From the human T2T-CHM13v2.0 reference genome, Homo sapiens: a stretch of 64,000 nt of DNA. Shown here piece by piece: positions 16,601 through 29,953 of the stretch. The notes under the pieces are model-generated. The model ran no database searches. It saw only the letters and a program-made list of their open reading frames with translations, and had not been told where the DNA came from. Within the stretch, counting starts at the first letter, position 1. Each line of letters opens with the position of its first letter. The DNA lies in assembly GCF_009914755.1 (NCBI RefSeq), contig NC_060934.1; one strand, 5' to 3'. The translations under genes and the position numbers were made by a program.

Positions 16601-17150
16601 TAAGCATTTTGCCCAGGAGAAAACATGTTGACAGAAAACCTGTACACAAATGTTTACAGCAGGTCTATTTATAATTGCTATGTACAGGAAACAACTCAAA
16701 TGTCATTCAACAGGTGAATGGTACATAGATACCTGTTATACAGTGGTGGTGCATCTATACAATGGGTTATCACTGAGCCAAAAAAAAGGAATGAGCTATT
16801 GACACGTGCGACAACCTTGATGAGTATGAAAAGCATCATGCTGAGTGAAAGAAACCAGTCTCAAAAGGTTACGTACTGTATTATTCCATTTACATAACAT
16901 TCTTGAAAAGACAGTACTCTAGTGACAGAGAAAATATCAGTAGATGTCAGAGGCTGGGGGTGGTTAGGGTGTAACTATGAGATGATAACATGAGGGAGTT
17001 TATTGGGGGGTGGGTAATGTTACTTCTCTGTTTTCTGATTGTCATAGAGCTTCCAGGATTCAATACATGTATTCAGGTTCACAGATCTGTACACAAAAAG
17101 TCAATCTTACTATGTGACATTTTAAAACTAAATTTAGAAGAAGAAAAAAG
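13660..17150 (+). mobile_element. Old L1M (L1MD-like) element: 5' region, ORF1 remnant, large internal deletion, ORF2 C-terminus and 3' UTR
   Basis: ORF1-like gggctcaacagcagaatgga...tccagaaggag (14940-15120); ORF2-like taaatggagagacat...aatcaagacagtatggtattg (15600-15870); L1M 3'UTR to A-rich end ~17150; no intact ORFs. Confidence 0.8.
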
Positions 17151-17531
17151 AAAATGACAACCTTTATTTATGTAAGGAGAAATTTACCTTCTGATTAGAA
17201 AGACAGAAAATTGAAAAGGAGCAGTGACCTGACCGAGGATCAGCCTCTGTGATCGTAGGTACAATTCATTTTCTTGTCATGTTGCTTTGGGTCATTTGGA
17301 GGAAAACAACCACCAGCAGACATCAGTCAGTTTGGAATTCCACAACTGTTCTCACTCCCCAGTGACTGCTGGAAACTACCATCCCAGCAGTTTACCAAGG
17401 AAGAAGATGTCCTGCTTTGTGCGCATGGGTATTCCGATGGCTTGACATATCTAGTCCTACAGAAGAGAGGGCCATTTTAGGTTATGGAAGCTGGAGATGT
17501 TTCCAATGGAGACAGGGGATGAGAGTGAGGA

Positions 17532-17544
17532 GTTGCCTAGCAAC
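17532..17544. promoter_or_regulatory. Candidate RFX X-box
   Basis: GTTGCCTAGCAAC, a consensus 13-bp X-box in apparently unique sequence; motif only. Confidence 0.35.
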
Positions 17545-19769
17545 ACCAGCTGCCCACTTTCCAAGTGTTCTCACAAAATGGAATTATCTTAATGAATCCA
17601 TCATGGTCCGGAGAATGAACCTCATCCTTTTGGGGTCAGAGATTATCTCATCATTGACTACGAGTTGATTGGATGGATGCAGACAGTATACAGAAGAGCC
17701 TTTAGAGCTTCATACAATTGTGAGCTGATAATCTTTCTTAGAATCATCCAATTGGATGCACAGTCAACAAGCAGCCTTCTGGTAGTTCATTCATTTGTTC
17801 ATTCATTCTCTATTGAGCCTTCAAGCACCTTCAGTGTGACAGATGTCACACTAGGTGCTAGACACACAAAGATAAATTATGTTTGTGCACTGCTTGGAGC
17901 AGCTCATTCCCTCCTCAGAGGTTTTGTTGCAGGGTGGAGAACAGGATGGCCAGCTGACAGGTATTCCAGGCCCTGCAGCTATGATTTTCTGCACTGTGAT
18001 TTAACAAAATAACGCTAGGTGCAATCAGTCACTCTCTTGTGAATTGCTTAGCAAAGATTATTACCCCAGACAGAGTACACTGAGAAAAAATAATAAAACC
18101 CTAGGACTGGACCCCAAACTGAAGACTTCAGTGAGGAATTGCCTCTTTGTGACATTCCACCCTATATCGTAACACTGATGATTCACTTTGGAACCTAAAA
18201 GTTAGTTACTTTTATGTTCAACCTACACTCAGCAATTCTACTGCAATTTGTGTCTCTCCGTGTTGGCTACCTCTTATGATCTGCAATGCCACATACTACT
18301 ATCTTCAGGCTGCAGGCTGAGCCTAGGAACTGAGTCTCAGCCATGCTTTCCTTCCATCACCCCTCCCATCCCCAGCTGGCAGTTAGTGTTTTGCAAATGA
18401 TACTGCAAATGATTGTAGTTTGTGTTTATGAGAAAAGGGGGTTGGTAAGGAAAAGACAGAAAGAAAGGGGATTGGGGAAGGGGAGAGAGAGAGAAAGAGA
18501 GAGGGAGGGGTTTAAGCTACTTGGAATTTGGAGTTTAAGTTGCCCTTAAGTAAAGCATATTTTTAATAGGCTACTATAAGAAACACACTTTTCAAGGGAA
18601 AAAAAGTGGGTTTGAATTTTGGCTGCCACTCATTAGCAATATTATCTTTATAGGGTAATTATCATCTCCGGGCCTTGATTTTTCTAAACTGTAAAATGAA
18701 ATGTTTGGAGTTAGAGAATTTTTAAATATTCTGGTATCATTGATTCTTGTATTTCTTGAGACAAAATCCTCTCTTTCACATTCTGCTAATTTTGTAATTT
18801 GTTTCACCATTCTCTCTTGACACATAAAAGGACTCTGTGAAAACTATCAGTATCGGAGAAGATTTCCTATAACCATCATATCATCTATGTTTCCTATTAG
18901 GGCTTCTGACATTCCACATGTTTTCAAAGGTAATTGGAAATACTGGAGACAATTTAAGGGTCATTATTGTGTTAGCCAAGAAAATAGCTAATGATGACTT
19001 TAGCTACTGGGCTATTCAGCCTATCATAGAGCCCATTAGCTCAATTAAGTAAATCAAATAGGAAAAAACATTTAGACTTAAAAAGCCACCCACCACTACC
19101 TATTACTTGCCTGTGAGGCTTCTATTTCATGGTGAATTCAAATTGCTTGTTCATTGTAGGTAGAAGAAAATGAGCAATCATCTGATTCAGCAGATGCAGT
19201 GATTCAAGATCACTTAGCATTTATAATGATAAACCAAAAATTATGTTAAATAGCAATTTTAAGGAAGCAGGTAAGACTAGAAGCCTTCTGCATAAATCAG
19301 GCTTGAGCTTTGCGGAAGTGGCTTCTTTCCCTGTACTGAGGTGTGAGAAGCAGCACATGGATTTTTATTCCTTTAAAGGATTTTCTTCAAGCAACAGTCT
19401 GTAGTTCAGGTTAATGGGAAGGCAAGGCAGTAGCATTGGGATGAACATTTATGATCCCAAACATTCTAATTCTAGGTGTCTACAGCATTCAAATATTGAG
19501 TAGGCACTTACACTTCCAAAGACCAATTCTTCAAGATAATGCTGAGGTTAACTTACAGTTTTATATATTATTCAATGGGGCAGTTCACAGGACATTTGAA
19601 GTGACTTGGAGAGAAAAAAGAATACCGCCGTTCATATTATTAATATTTATGGTACAGTTATTATATTCAGGCCATGCTATTGCTGGAGAGAGTTGGTCCA
19701 TTGAATAAATGTGCACTGTTCATGAAGCAGTGAATATATCATTCAATTAAAAATTCAGCAACTGATGTA

Positions 19770-19968
19770 GTCAGGGATGTGCTGGTAAATGTCTCACAAC
19801 TGGCTTTCCAGGACCGGTTTGCAGCATTTGCTGATTTTCATGGTGTAGACCCTTCCCTCATGGCTGACATCAAGCTACCAATGGGTTGGCATCTGGCTTG
19901 CACAACTGCTGGAAATTTAGCAATCAACTCAAGCACGCTGGCACAAGTTGCTCCAGCCCCAGTACCGG
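19770..19968 (-). mobile_element. hAT DNA transposon MITE (MER63A-like)
   Basis: tgtgctggtaaatgt...catggctgacatcaagctacca...gctccagc. Confidence 0.6.
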
Positions 19969-19990
19969 ACATGACTTAAAGAGTGAGGGG

Positions 19991-20151
19991 GTGGAAAATT
20001 ACAGTCAAAGGGGGTCCACTACCTACCCAAATCCTATAAAACGGCCCCACCCCTATCTCCCTGCGCTGACTCCTTTTTCGGACTCAGCCCACCTGCACCC
20101 AGGTGAAATAAACAGCCTTGTTGCTCACACACACACACACACACACACACA
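19991..20151 (+). mobile_element. HERV-H LTR7 3' fragment with short 5' inversion and (CA)13 end
   Basis: ACCTACCCAAATCCTATAAAACGGCCCCACCCCTATCTCCC...GGACTCAGCCCACCTGCACCCAGGTGAAATAAACAGCCTTGTTGCTCACAC matches LTR7; flanked by AAAGAGT(G/A)AGGGG(G)TG repeats. Confidence 0.88.
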
Positions 20152-21538
20152 AAGAGTAAGGGGTGAAATGGCTTTGCTTGTAACTGGATTCCAAGAGAAT
20201 CATTCTTAGACCGCACACCTAAGTGTTTACTTTATTACCAACTATCATCTCAAAGTGGGAGAGAGGATGGGGATTGGGTCCCCTTTTCAGAAAACCCCTA
20301 TGAAAGAGCCCTTTAGAAAAAGGCTGGGCTTGAGGAAGTCTTAATTCTAAATATCGCGGATCAGGGGAAGGAGCAGGTCATTCCATTTCCTTGGGACTCA
20401 CATGTATAATAAGCAGATTTCATATCTGAGAGGCGTAAGTTCCCTTCTATTTTTGCTGCTCAGTGTGCAATTTAGTCCAAAAATTGACTCCGGTGCAGAT
20501 CATTAAATTGTCAACAGCCAGTGGGTCCTGAAACATAAGCAAGGACTACCCAGACAGGAGGTCGGGAGTTTCTAATGCATCCCCGGGGACCTGCTAGGAT
20601 CTTGACCTCTCTCTAAGAGAGGCTTTGGACTGATTCGGCATAACAGTGGGGGCAGATCTGCTTTCTCCAAGGCTGTCTCTTCCCTTCTATCAGTGATCTC
20701 CACCTTGCTCAGCCCACTCAATGCTGCCTTTGCTGTTACAGTCTAAGAAATGTGGCTCCTTTTTCCTAACCTCTCTTCTCCTTTCACCTGCATGTCATAA
20801 GGTGGTCATGGATATATTCTTTCATATTCTTGCTAAAATACTCATTGCTGGAAGTAACACAAGGGTATCAAATTTGTATAAACAACAGTATGATTTAGTT
20901 CTCTAATATAATAATGCAATATAACAAAATGAGTCCATTCAACTGTTGTCCATTCAACTATACCTTAATATATATTATTTTATTGATGCTTATCTATGTA
21001 TACATTAGTTCTGTGCACAGTCTAGTGGATAGTGATCTGTTAAATGGATAAATGAATGAATGGCTGAAGTTTTATCCTTCTGAATGGATGAGTGGCCTCT
21101 CTAGTTCATTTTCAAGCCTCTAGGGCTATGATACATGTTTCCTATTTCCAGATTTTTCTTTATGTTCTCTCTTTATTTCTAGAAAACACAAATAGCTTCT
21201 CGCCCATGGGGGGGATTTTTGGCAGGAAAATCGCACTCTTTACCTGTCATCCACCTTCCAGAAATGCAGGAACTGAAAGACTGAGAAAGTGGAAAACACG
21301 CCATGCAATTGCTAACAGTTGGCAGAGCAGCAAGTGCACTCCAGTGGGTGGCATTTGTCCCTGTTTCTATGCTCTGATCTGAAGCTTGTACAACAGATGT
21401 ACCAGGGGCTGGAGGATGGCAGTGCTCATTTGTGGAGGTGATAATGCTAGAAAACAGCTCAGGCCATGACTAGCATAGTGCCACAGGCTGATGAACCTGT
21501 TGGTCCTGCTGGGCAGTTTTAGCTCAGCAGCATTTTAA

Positions 21539-22244
<706 letters not shown>

Positions 22245-22892
22245 TTAACCTCCAACTTTAAAAAAATTATAATCCCAGAACACTTTTGTGTTCTTGCTGT
22301 TAATTATAAAAATGACAGAAGAGTGTTACAACTCTTGTGTTGTTTATTATTTTTCTATAGTCCACCCAATGTCTTTGGGGGTGTGTGTAGTATTTAATAC
22401 TTATTCCTGTTTTTATTTCGCTCTTGGTTCTCCTTTGTCTCATATAAGCCCATTCCTTATATTCTAGCTTTCTTATTTCTGTAAGTAAAAAAGAAAAAAA
22501 AAAATCTCAGGAAGAGGTAGGAATAATAATCTATTTAACATACTGAAAACATTCTTCCAAGGATCTTAGGGTATGTTTTCACAATAAAAATGGTAAAATT
22601 TATCCCCAGCAAAGGGACAATTTACTTAGAATCATCAAATCAGAGTTAGTCTTTAACCTTATATTTTAATCACTGTGAAGATTTAGTTAAAAGTGAGTGT
22701 TAGCCCCAGGAACAGACACAGGCTTTCTGGTCTTCATTTAACCAAGAAGAAGTTGAAATTACATAGGTTTTTTACCTCCCCCCCAAAAAAATAATAAAGG
22801 GAATCTATAGAAGCTGCAGCATTCTGATTTTTCAAGAAGTTGGTGGAGAGACAATGTCTGTTTCTAATTACACACACTAGTTAAGAAAAAGA

Positions 22893-22966
22893 ATTTAAGT
22901 CAGCTGATATTTTTCCTTTCATTATTTATGATTTAAGTCAGCTCATCTTTTTCCTTTCATTATTTA
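22893..22966 (+). repeat. 38-bp tandem duplication
   Basis: ATTTAAGTCAGCT(G/C)AT(A/C)TTTTTCCTTTCATTATTTA at 22893 and 22931. Confidence 0.9.
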
Positions 22967-24391
22967 CAGGACATCTAATAACTGCTCTGATTGGATTTAA
23001 ACATTTGCAGTGGTGTACTTCTGGCTTTGTGTATGTAGAAGTGGTGTCTAAAAGAGTCAACTGCTTCACCACAGGACTTTTATACTTCTCATGAAATACA
23101 GTCCTTCAAAAGGCAAATTCTCTATTTCCCCCACTTTGATTATCTGCTTATGCTCCTAAAATAATGTAAATATGGTCATTAATCATCTACAACATTGTCA
23201 ATTAGGAGAGTAAAGCCAGTAATGAACTCTACATCCCTGACCTCATATGGTATGTTGCATTTTAAGGGAGCTGTTTTTATCAATGACAATCGTATTATTT
23301 GTGCTCATAACCTGGGCTCTACATCCAGTGAAAGGATTTTGATACAGAATCTTTATTTGAAGAGAACTACACAAAAACACAATCACCATCATACCTGATG
23401 TCTGCTATTGTTGAAATAGGCTTCAGCACTGTAGCTGGTGGAAACCAGGTCACCAAAGACACTGCCCTTGTACCTGGAAGGCCCGTCCCTGCCCCCATTC
23501 ACACAGTGAATTCATTTAGAAGAGAGGAATGCTGTAGACAGAGTCATTAGAAAACCCTTCATGACTGTGGCGTGGAAAAGGGCTGGCAAGGATCACAAAC
23601 AGCTTTCCTGGGTTTGGTCTTACAGCATGGACTTCTTCACCCTCATCTACACGTAAAATTTATTAACTTCAAGGAGAGGAGATCAGGGTTGCCTCTACCT
23701 TGCATTCCTATGTAGCCATGAATTAATTCCCAAATGCCAGTGTGAGCCTGTTTTCCTTTTCATACATCGTATTTGAGGAAACAGCTGGAAATATTACTCT
23801 GTGTGCCACACATCCCGATTCAGCACAGTCTCTTGTTCCCAGAGTGGAGTAAATGAGTAAAGAAATTATTCATCCGCCTTTTACCTAACTTGGTGTGTGA
23901 CCAATAAATTCTCTCAAGATTGATTCAGGTTCCTATATTCATGGAAACAAAAAAAGAAAATTGGGCAGAAAATAATAAAGTCTATGTGTTTTTTTTTAAA
24001 CTACACTTTTGCATTTCATCAGTGAGTAATCATAGAATGTTAAAGCTGCAGAGAAAATGTTAGAGGTCTTGAAATAAGTGCAACAGTGAGAATGAGTCAG
24101 TCTGGTATAAAGTAAAAACACTGAACTTGAAATTAGGAGATAGGGGAGGTGAAGTGTTTTCTGAAGAAGGAAAGTTCCATGGTCTCTCAGATGACTTCTA
24201 TAGGTCATTTTCCTGAATGTCAAGATGATCCTTCATAACAAGTATCCAATAGGGGTCAAGTTTTGAAAGCATAGAGCGGGGATCTCCAAGTTCTTGGGTT
24301 ATAAGCCCCATTGAAAACAATGTTTAGACGTCTCTCACATACGCAGAGGTGCTGTTTAGCACCTTTTAGAAAATTAAACTAGATTCTAATG

Positions 24392-24392
<1 letters not shown>

Positions 24393-24427
<35 letters not shown>
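24393..24427 (+). repeat. (TG)17 microsatellite
   Basis: Direct read. Confidence 0.98.
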
Positions 24428-24430
<3 letters not shown>

Positions 24431-25234
24431 AAAAGCAATCTATTGGGATTGGGAAAGAATGGTAATGGAAATTTTTATTTTTTACTCTGATTATGGAATG
24501 TATTTTTTTTACAGTAAGCATAAGTTCAAGTATAATTAGTGTAATAAAAAACTATTAAAAACAAGAAGGTAAACCCTTACATGAGATAATACGATGACAT
24601 TTATAGACCTTTACATGTCATCATAAGTTACTCTGAGTTACTGCTCAGCATGAAAAAATCCATTAACAATGTAAAGAAAAAGAACATGATCACATGTGGG
24701 TCTTCAACTCTAACAATTAATATTGTCTCAAGAATGTTATCACATTCCTTAGCTAATTAGATCCATCCTGAGATGTTTTCAAACAAATAAAAACAAAATT
24801 TCTGCCACAGGAAGAAAACAATTTAAAAAAATGCAGAGCACATCTGTACAAAGATGCCCCTGGTTGAACAGGGAAGTTCCGACTTTGTCATTCCTCTTGA
24901 ATAAGCCTCCCAAGAGCATTATTTATTTATGTGGACCATTTTGCTGATTATTTACTGAGATTCCTCAGTAAGAACCAAAATAATTCCTTTCAGTTAGTTA
25001 AGGCAGAGACCAGAAGACATTCAATGTTGCTGTAAAAACTCTGGTCCTGGAAAGATGGTAGAATTCTAGGGAAGATGCAGTCCTGTCACGGTGGCTAAGA
25101 TAAAGCTGAGAGTTTAAAAAACCATGGAGTACTCATAAAGATGTTGAGGTTTGGGCTTCAATACTTGTAAAGATATTAAAGTACCAAGCACTTAGTAGGG
25201 TGTTTGTAGATATTTGATGAAGGAGAAATAGACA

Positions 25235-25310
25235 AGAAAGAAGGAAGGAAGGAAGGGAGGGAGTGAGGGAGGAAGGGAGGGAGGGAAGGAGGGAAAGTGA
25301 GGGAAAAAGA
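25235..25310 (+). repeat. GGAA/GGGA purine-rich simple repeat
   Basis: Direct read. Confidence 0.85.
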
Positions 25311-25929
25311 AAATGAAGAAAAGCTTATGAATATAGCTTTCACACAAATTACTTTATAGAAAATGACAATTTTGAAGCAGCCTTATGACCACCCCAAAGT
25401 AAGCAAGTTTCTTTAGGCAGTATTTTCTATTCTACACCCTAAAAATATGTTTTCTGTCTAGTGTATACCCAAGAAGAACCTAAGAATATATCAAGAAATG
25501 GAAATGATTCAATATATAGAGAAGAAAAACCAAGAGCTTGTATGATGTACTCTACGTGCTTTAAAGGAATGTTGAAGTTAAGTTTTTTTTTCCCCTAACA
25601 TTTGCTCCATTTTTTGAAGTCTTAAAGTCATATACGTTTACCTAGATGGAACATTCTCATGATTTTGCAGGCAGTGAGTGAGTAAAGGGAGAAAGGAAAA
25701 GAAGATTTTTGAGAGAAAAAGCCGTGTTTGGAGGAGTGTCAGTGACAACCTAAAGTGATGGTAAACACAATACAAGTAGTCCTGCAATTATAGAAAGATC
25801 AAAGAACTCTACACATCTTCATAAGTAATTATAACTGCATTGAATATAAATAATATAAATGCTCAAATAAAGAGCTTGAGATTGTCAGAATGAATTTTAA
25901 AAATTCAAAACCTAACTAACTATAATAAA

Positions 25930-26344
25930 AGAGGCAGGAGACAGCCAAATGCCACCCAGGTCACTGTGCACAGGAGGCTTCCTTAAACATGCCATGGTGA
26001 AAATTTTCATCCCTAAACACATGTGCCACTAAGGAAATAAATCAACGTGGAGTGGCTTAGACTAAGGACCCGCCTGCACACTGAGAGAATGGGGTGGAAC
26101 CACCAGGAATTTGCACTTTATGCAGGGGGAGGAGCCTGGCCTCTTCAGCCCCTGGTGGCCTGGTATTCAATCTGTGAGGTGGGAGCCTGTTGTCGGGACC
26201 CCCTCTTTCTTTGCTGAGAGCTTTTGTATTGCCTAATAAATCTGCCCTCCTTTCCCTTCAATGTATCCATGTGCCTAACTTTTCCTGGTCGTGAGACAAG
26301 AACCCAGAGTTTAGTTGAACTAAGAAGCAAAAAATCCTGCATCA
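25930..26344 (+). mobile_element. ERV1 solo LTR, MER61 family
   Basis: ggggaggagcctggcc...ttcaatctgtgaggtgggagc...AATAAA...ttagttgaactaag...cctgcatCA. Confidence 0.8.
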
Positions 26345-27629
26345 ATATGTGACATATGTCTTAGATATAAAGATATAGATAAGGTTGAAATTAAAAGGGT
26401 AGGAAAGATATGTTATGAAAACCATAAAGAAAATAAAACAGGCATGGCTATATTAATGTGAGACAAAACTGACTTCAGGAAGAAGGGCATTACTAAAGAT
26501 AAAGGGAAATGACTTATTTTAAAAACCAATTCATCAGGAATACATAACATTCCTTCCTGCATTGACTAAATAATAGATCTAAAAACAGATCTTCAAAATA
26601 TATAAAGCAAAACCTGATTGAAGTAAAGAGAGAAATAGACAAATCCACAACCATAGTTGGAGATTTTAGTACCTTCCTGTAGTAATTATTAAATCATATA
26701 TTCAAAAAAGTATCAAAGACACAGATAATCTGAATACTATCAACCAATCTGACTTAACTGACATTTATAGAACACTATAAACAACTTCAGAATGCACTTT
26801 CTTTTCTACTGTGGCTGGTTCAAGATCAATTATATACTGATCCATGAAATAGGATTTAATCAATTCCAAAACATGGAAATATTAAGCATACAATTTCTGA
26901 CAATAGATTAAGCTAGACATCACCAAGATACCTATGAAGACCCAAAATATTTGGGAGTTAATAAGATATTTCTAAAACCCATTAATTAAACTTCAAAAAA
27001 GTTACAAGTAAAATTTTCAAATTTGAGTTGATTGACAATTAAAACACAAAATTTGTAAGATGCAGCTAAAGAACTGCCTAGAGTGAAGTTTATCATTGTC
27101 AATGCCTTACTAGAAAGAAAAAAAGCTTAACATTAATAGTCAAGTTTCCATGTTCGTTAGGAAAAAAAAGAAGAGCAAGTTAAAACTGAAAGTAAATAGA
27201 ATTAAAATTTAAAAACAGAACTCAATGGAATCAAGTCAAACAATAAAAAATATTAACAATGCCAAAAGTCATTTTTTTAAAAGGTCAACAAAACTGATAC
27301 TCCTAGCAGAACTAATCAAGATATTGCCAATAATGGGATTTTAAAAAGAAGGAAGTCTTACTACAGATCCTACAATCATTACAAGGACAATAAAGTAACA
27401 TGATGGCAAATTTGTATAAACAAACTTGCGAATTTAGAAGAAATGGACAAATTGCTTGATAACACCACTTACCAAAACTGATTCAAAAAGATATAGAGTA
27501 TCTGAATTGTCCTGTATCTATCAGAGGAATTGAATTTCTATTAAAAATTTTTCCCCACAAAGATACATCTATACTCAGATGATGTCATTGGTGAGTTCAA
27601 ACTTTGAAGTAAGGAATAATGCAAAACTT

Positions 27630-28026
<397 letters not shown>

Positions 28027-29015
28027 TTAGAATAACCCTGGCACAAAAACCTGACAAAGAGATTATAAGAAAAGAAATTTATAAAACAATATTCCTCATG
28101 ATCATAGATTTTAAAAACCTCTCTTCTAAAATATTGGTAAAGTGAATTCAACAATGTATAAATAGAATGACTGTCATGACCAAATGGAGTTAATCCCAGG
28201 GATGCAGTTTCTGTTCAGCATTAAAAATTAATATGTGGATCCTCTGCATTCAGTTAAGAGATGTAAAGGGTCAGAAAGAGCCTTATTCCCAGCCTCCCAG
28301 CCTTACAATAAGAAAATGAAAGCTTAATCAAGTGAAAATTAGTGACCTTTCTTGAATTCATTAGAGATCTGACATGGCAGGGAAAGAACCTAAAATCTGG
28401 GGAGAGGCCAGGACCTACAAGGTGCAACAGGACTCAGGCATTTGCTTACCTAGGGCAGATGCCATTGCATGCTGTATAATTTGGAAAGGAGATTCAGCTT
28501 AGAAATTGTAATGAACTGCTCCAGGTCACATATGGATGTGGAGCCACCGGGTCCCAGAGATAGAAATATTTGCATCCTCTTGCAGTCCTGTCTTCCAAGG
28601 GTATGATGAGACACTCAAAGAGAAGATAGGGAAGACTCCTAAGAAAGTTTTCCTAATTGTGCTGACTTGGGGGAGGGAATAGTAGCTACTCCCGAAACAC
28701 TTCCCAGACCCATCTCCCATATCTCCCCTATGGAACAAAAATCTTAAACTACAGGGCAAAAAATGATAACAATTGTCAGTTTAGGGCACTGGCGAAAATC
28801 CATTGAAATTGCAGGAAAGGAAGAGAAAAAATTAAACTCTACTCTGAGGGTGGCAGCCCAGGACTACAGCTGGTACAAGCTTAAATCCACAGTGACTGCC
28901 TCATTTTAAGGCTTGGTGAGAGAATACACCCCTTCCGGCTCTCCCTACCACCATGCTAACAAGTGTTGAGTAAAAGTAACCTACAGCTGAGATTGCTGCA
29001 AAAGACAGATTCTCT

Positions 29016-29148
29016 CTAGGAAACAATACAGAAGGAAGACCCTAAGGTAAGAAGGGAGTAGATACTGAGGGGGAAGAAAAACTAGGAAACAGTGCAGAAG
29101 GAAGAACTCTAAGGTAAGAAGGGAGTAAACACTGAGGGGGAAGAAAAA
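29016..29148 (+). repeat. ~66-bp tandem duplication
   Basis: CTAGGAAACA...CTAAGGTAAGAAGGGAGTA...CTGAGGGGGAAGAAAAA at 29016 and 29082. Confidence 0.9.
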
Positions 29149-29227
29149 CCCTCTGGCAAATTAGCTCACATCCTAAACACAAGGTATTGCTAGAGGAATT
29201 TGAGGCTATGGTGCACTGAAAATAATC

Positions 29228-29953
29228 ACGATAGTCCTCCCTTATCCATGGGGGATATGTTCCAAGACCACCAGTGAATGCCTGAAACCTCAAATTGTGC
29301 CAAACCTGATTGCTGTCAGTGGGAATATGTCTCTGTTTATGTCTTCCACCCACAAATTTAGTGCCTTTCCCATCTTTATAAGCCTTTATCATGGACTATG
29401 GTTGTAACTTTTGCAGTTTGAGGTGCAACAGCAAAACTAGTACAAATTTCGTTTTTCTTCTTTACAATTTCATGGATAGAAGATTCATTCTTACCATAGA
29501 TCTTAGCAACCTCAGCATATAATTTTCATTATTTATTAAGTTGAGAACTTTCACATTTTCACTTAAAGGAAACGCTTTATAATTTCCCTTTGGCATATTC
29601 TAATTGCCAGCATCATTACTGTGGTACTTGGGACTATTATCAACTAAAATAAGGGTTACTTAACACAAGCTCTGTGATACCCTGACAGTCACAGTTGATC
29701 TGATAACCGAGTTGGCCATTGAGTGACTAATGGTGATTGGTGTTTATAGCATGGAGATACTGGACAAAGGAATGATTCACATCCTGGGCAGGATGGAGTA
29801 GGATGGCACAAAATTTCATCACACTACTCAGAATGACATGCAATTTAAAACTTATACATTATTTCTGAAATCTTCCATTTAACATTTTTGGGTCACAATT
29901 GATTACAGTTAACTAAAACCATGGAAAGTGAAACTGGATAAGGGAAAACTATG
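29228..29953. mobile_element. Tigger-derived DNA transposon MER44
   Basis: Termini TAGTCCTCCCTTATCC... and ...GGATAAGGGAAAACTA; GGGGGATATGTTCCAAGACC. Confidence 0.8.

Noticed and set aside
17833-17852. Perfect hairpin AGTGTGACA-GA-TGTCACACT
   Set aside because: Only 9-bp arms inside an L2-like remnant; compatible with chance
17274-18012. Three overlapping + strand ORFs suggesting a pseudogene
   Set aside because: No recognisable protein similarity; the distal part runs into an L2-like 3' end
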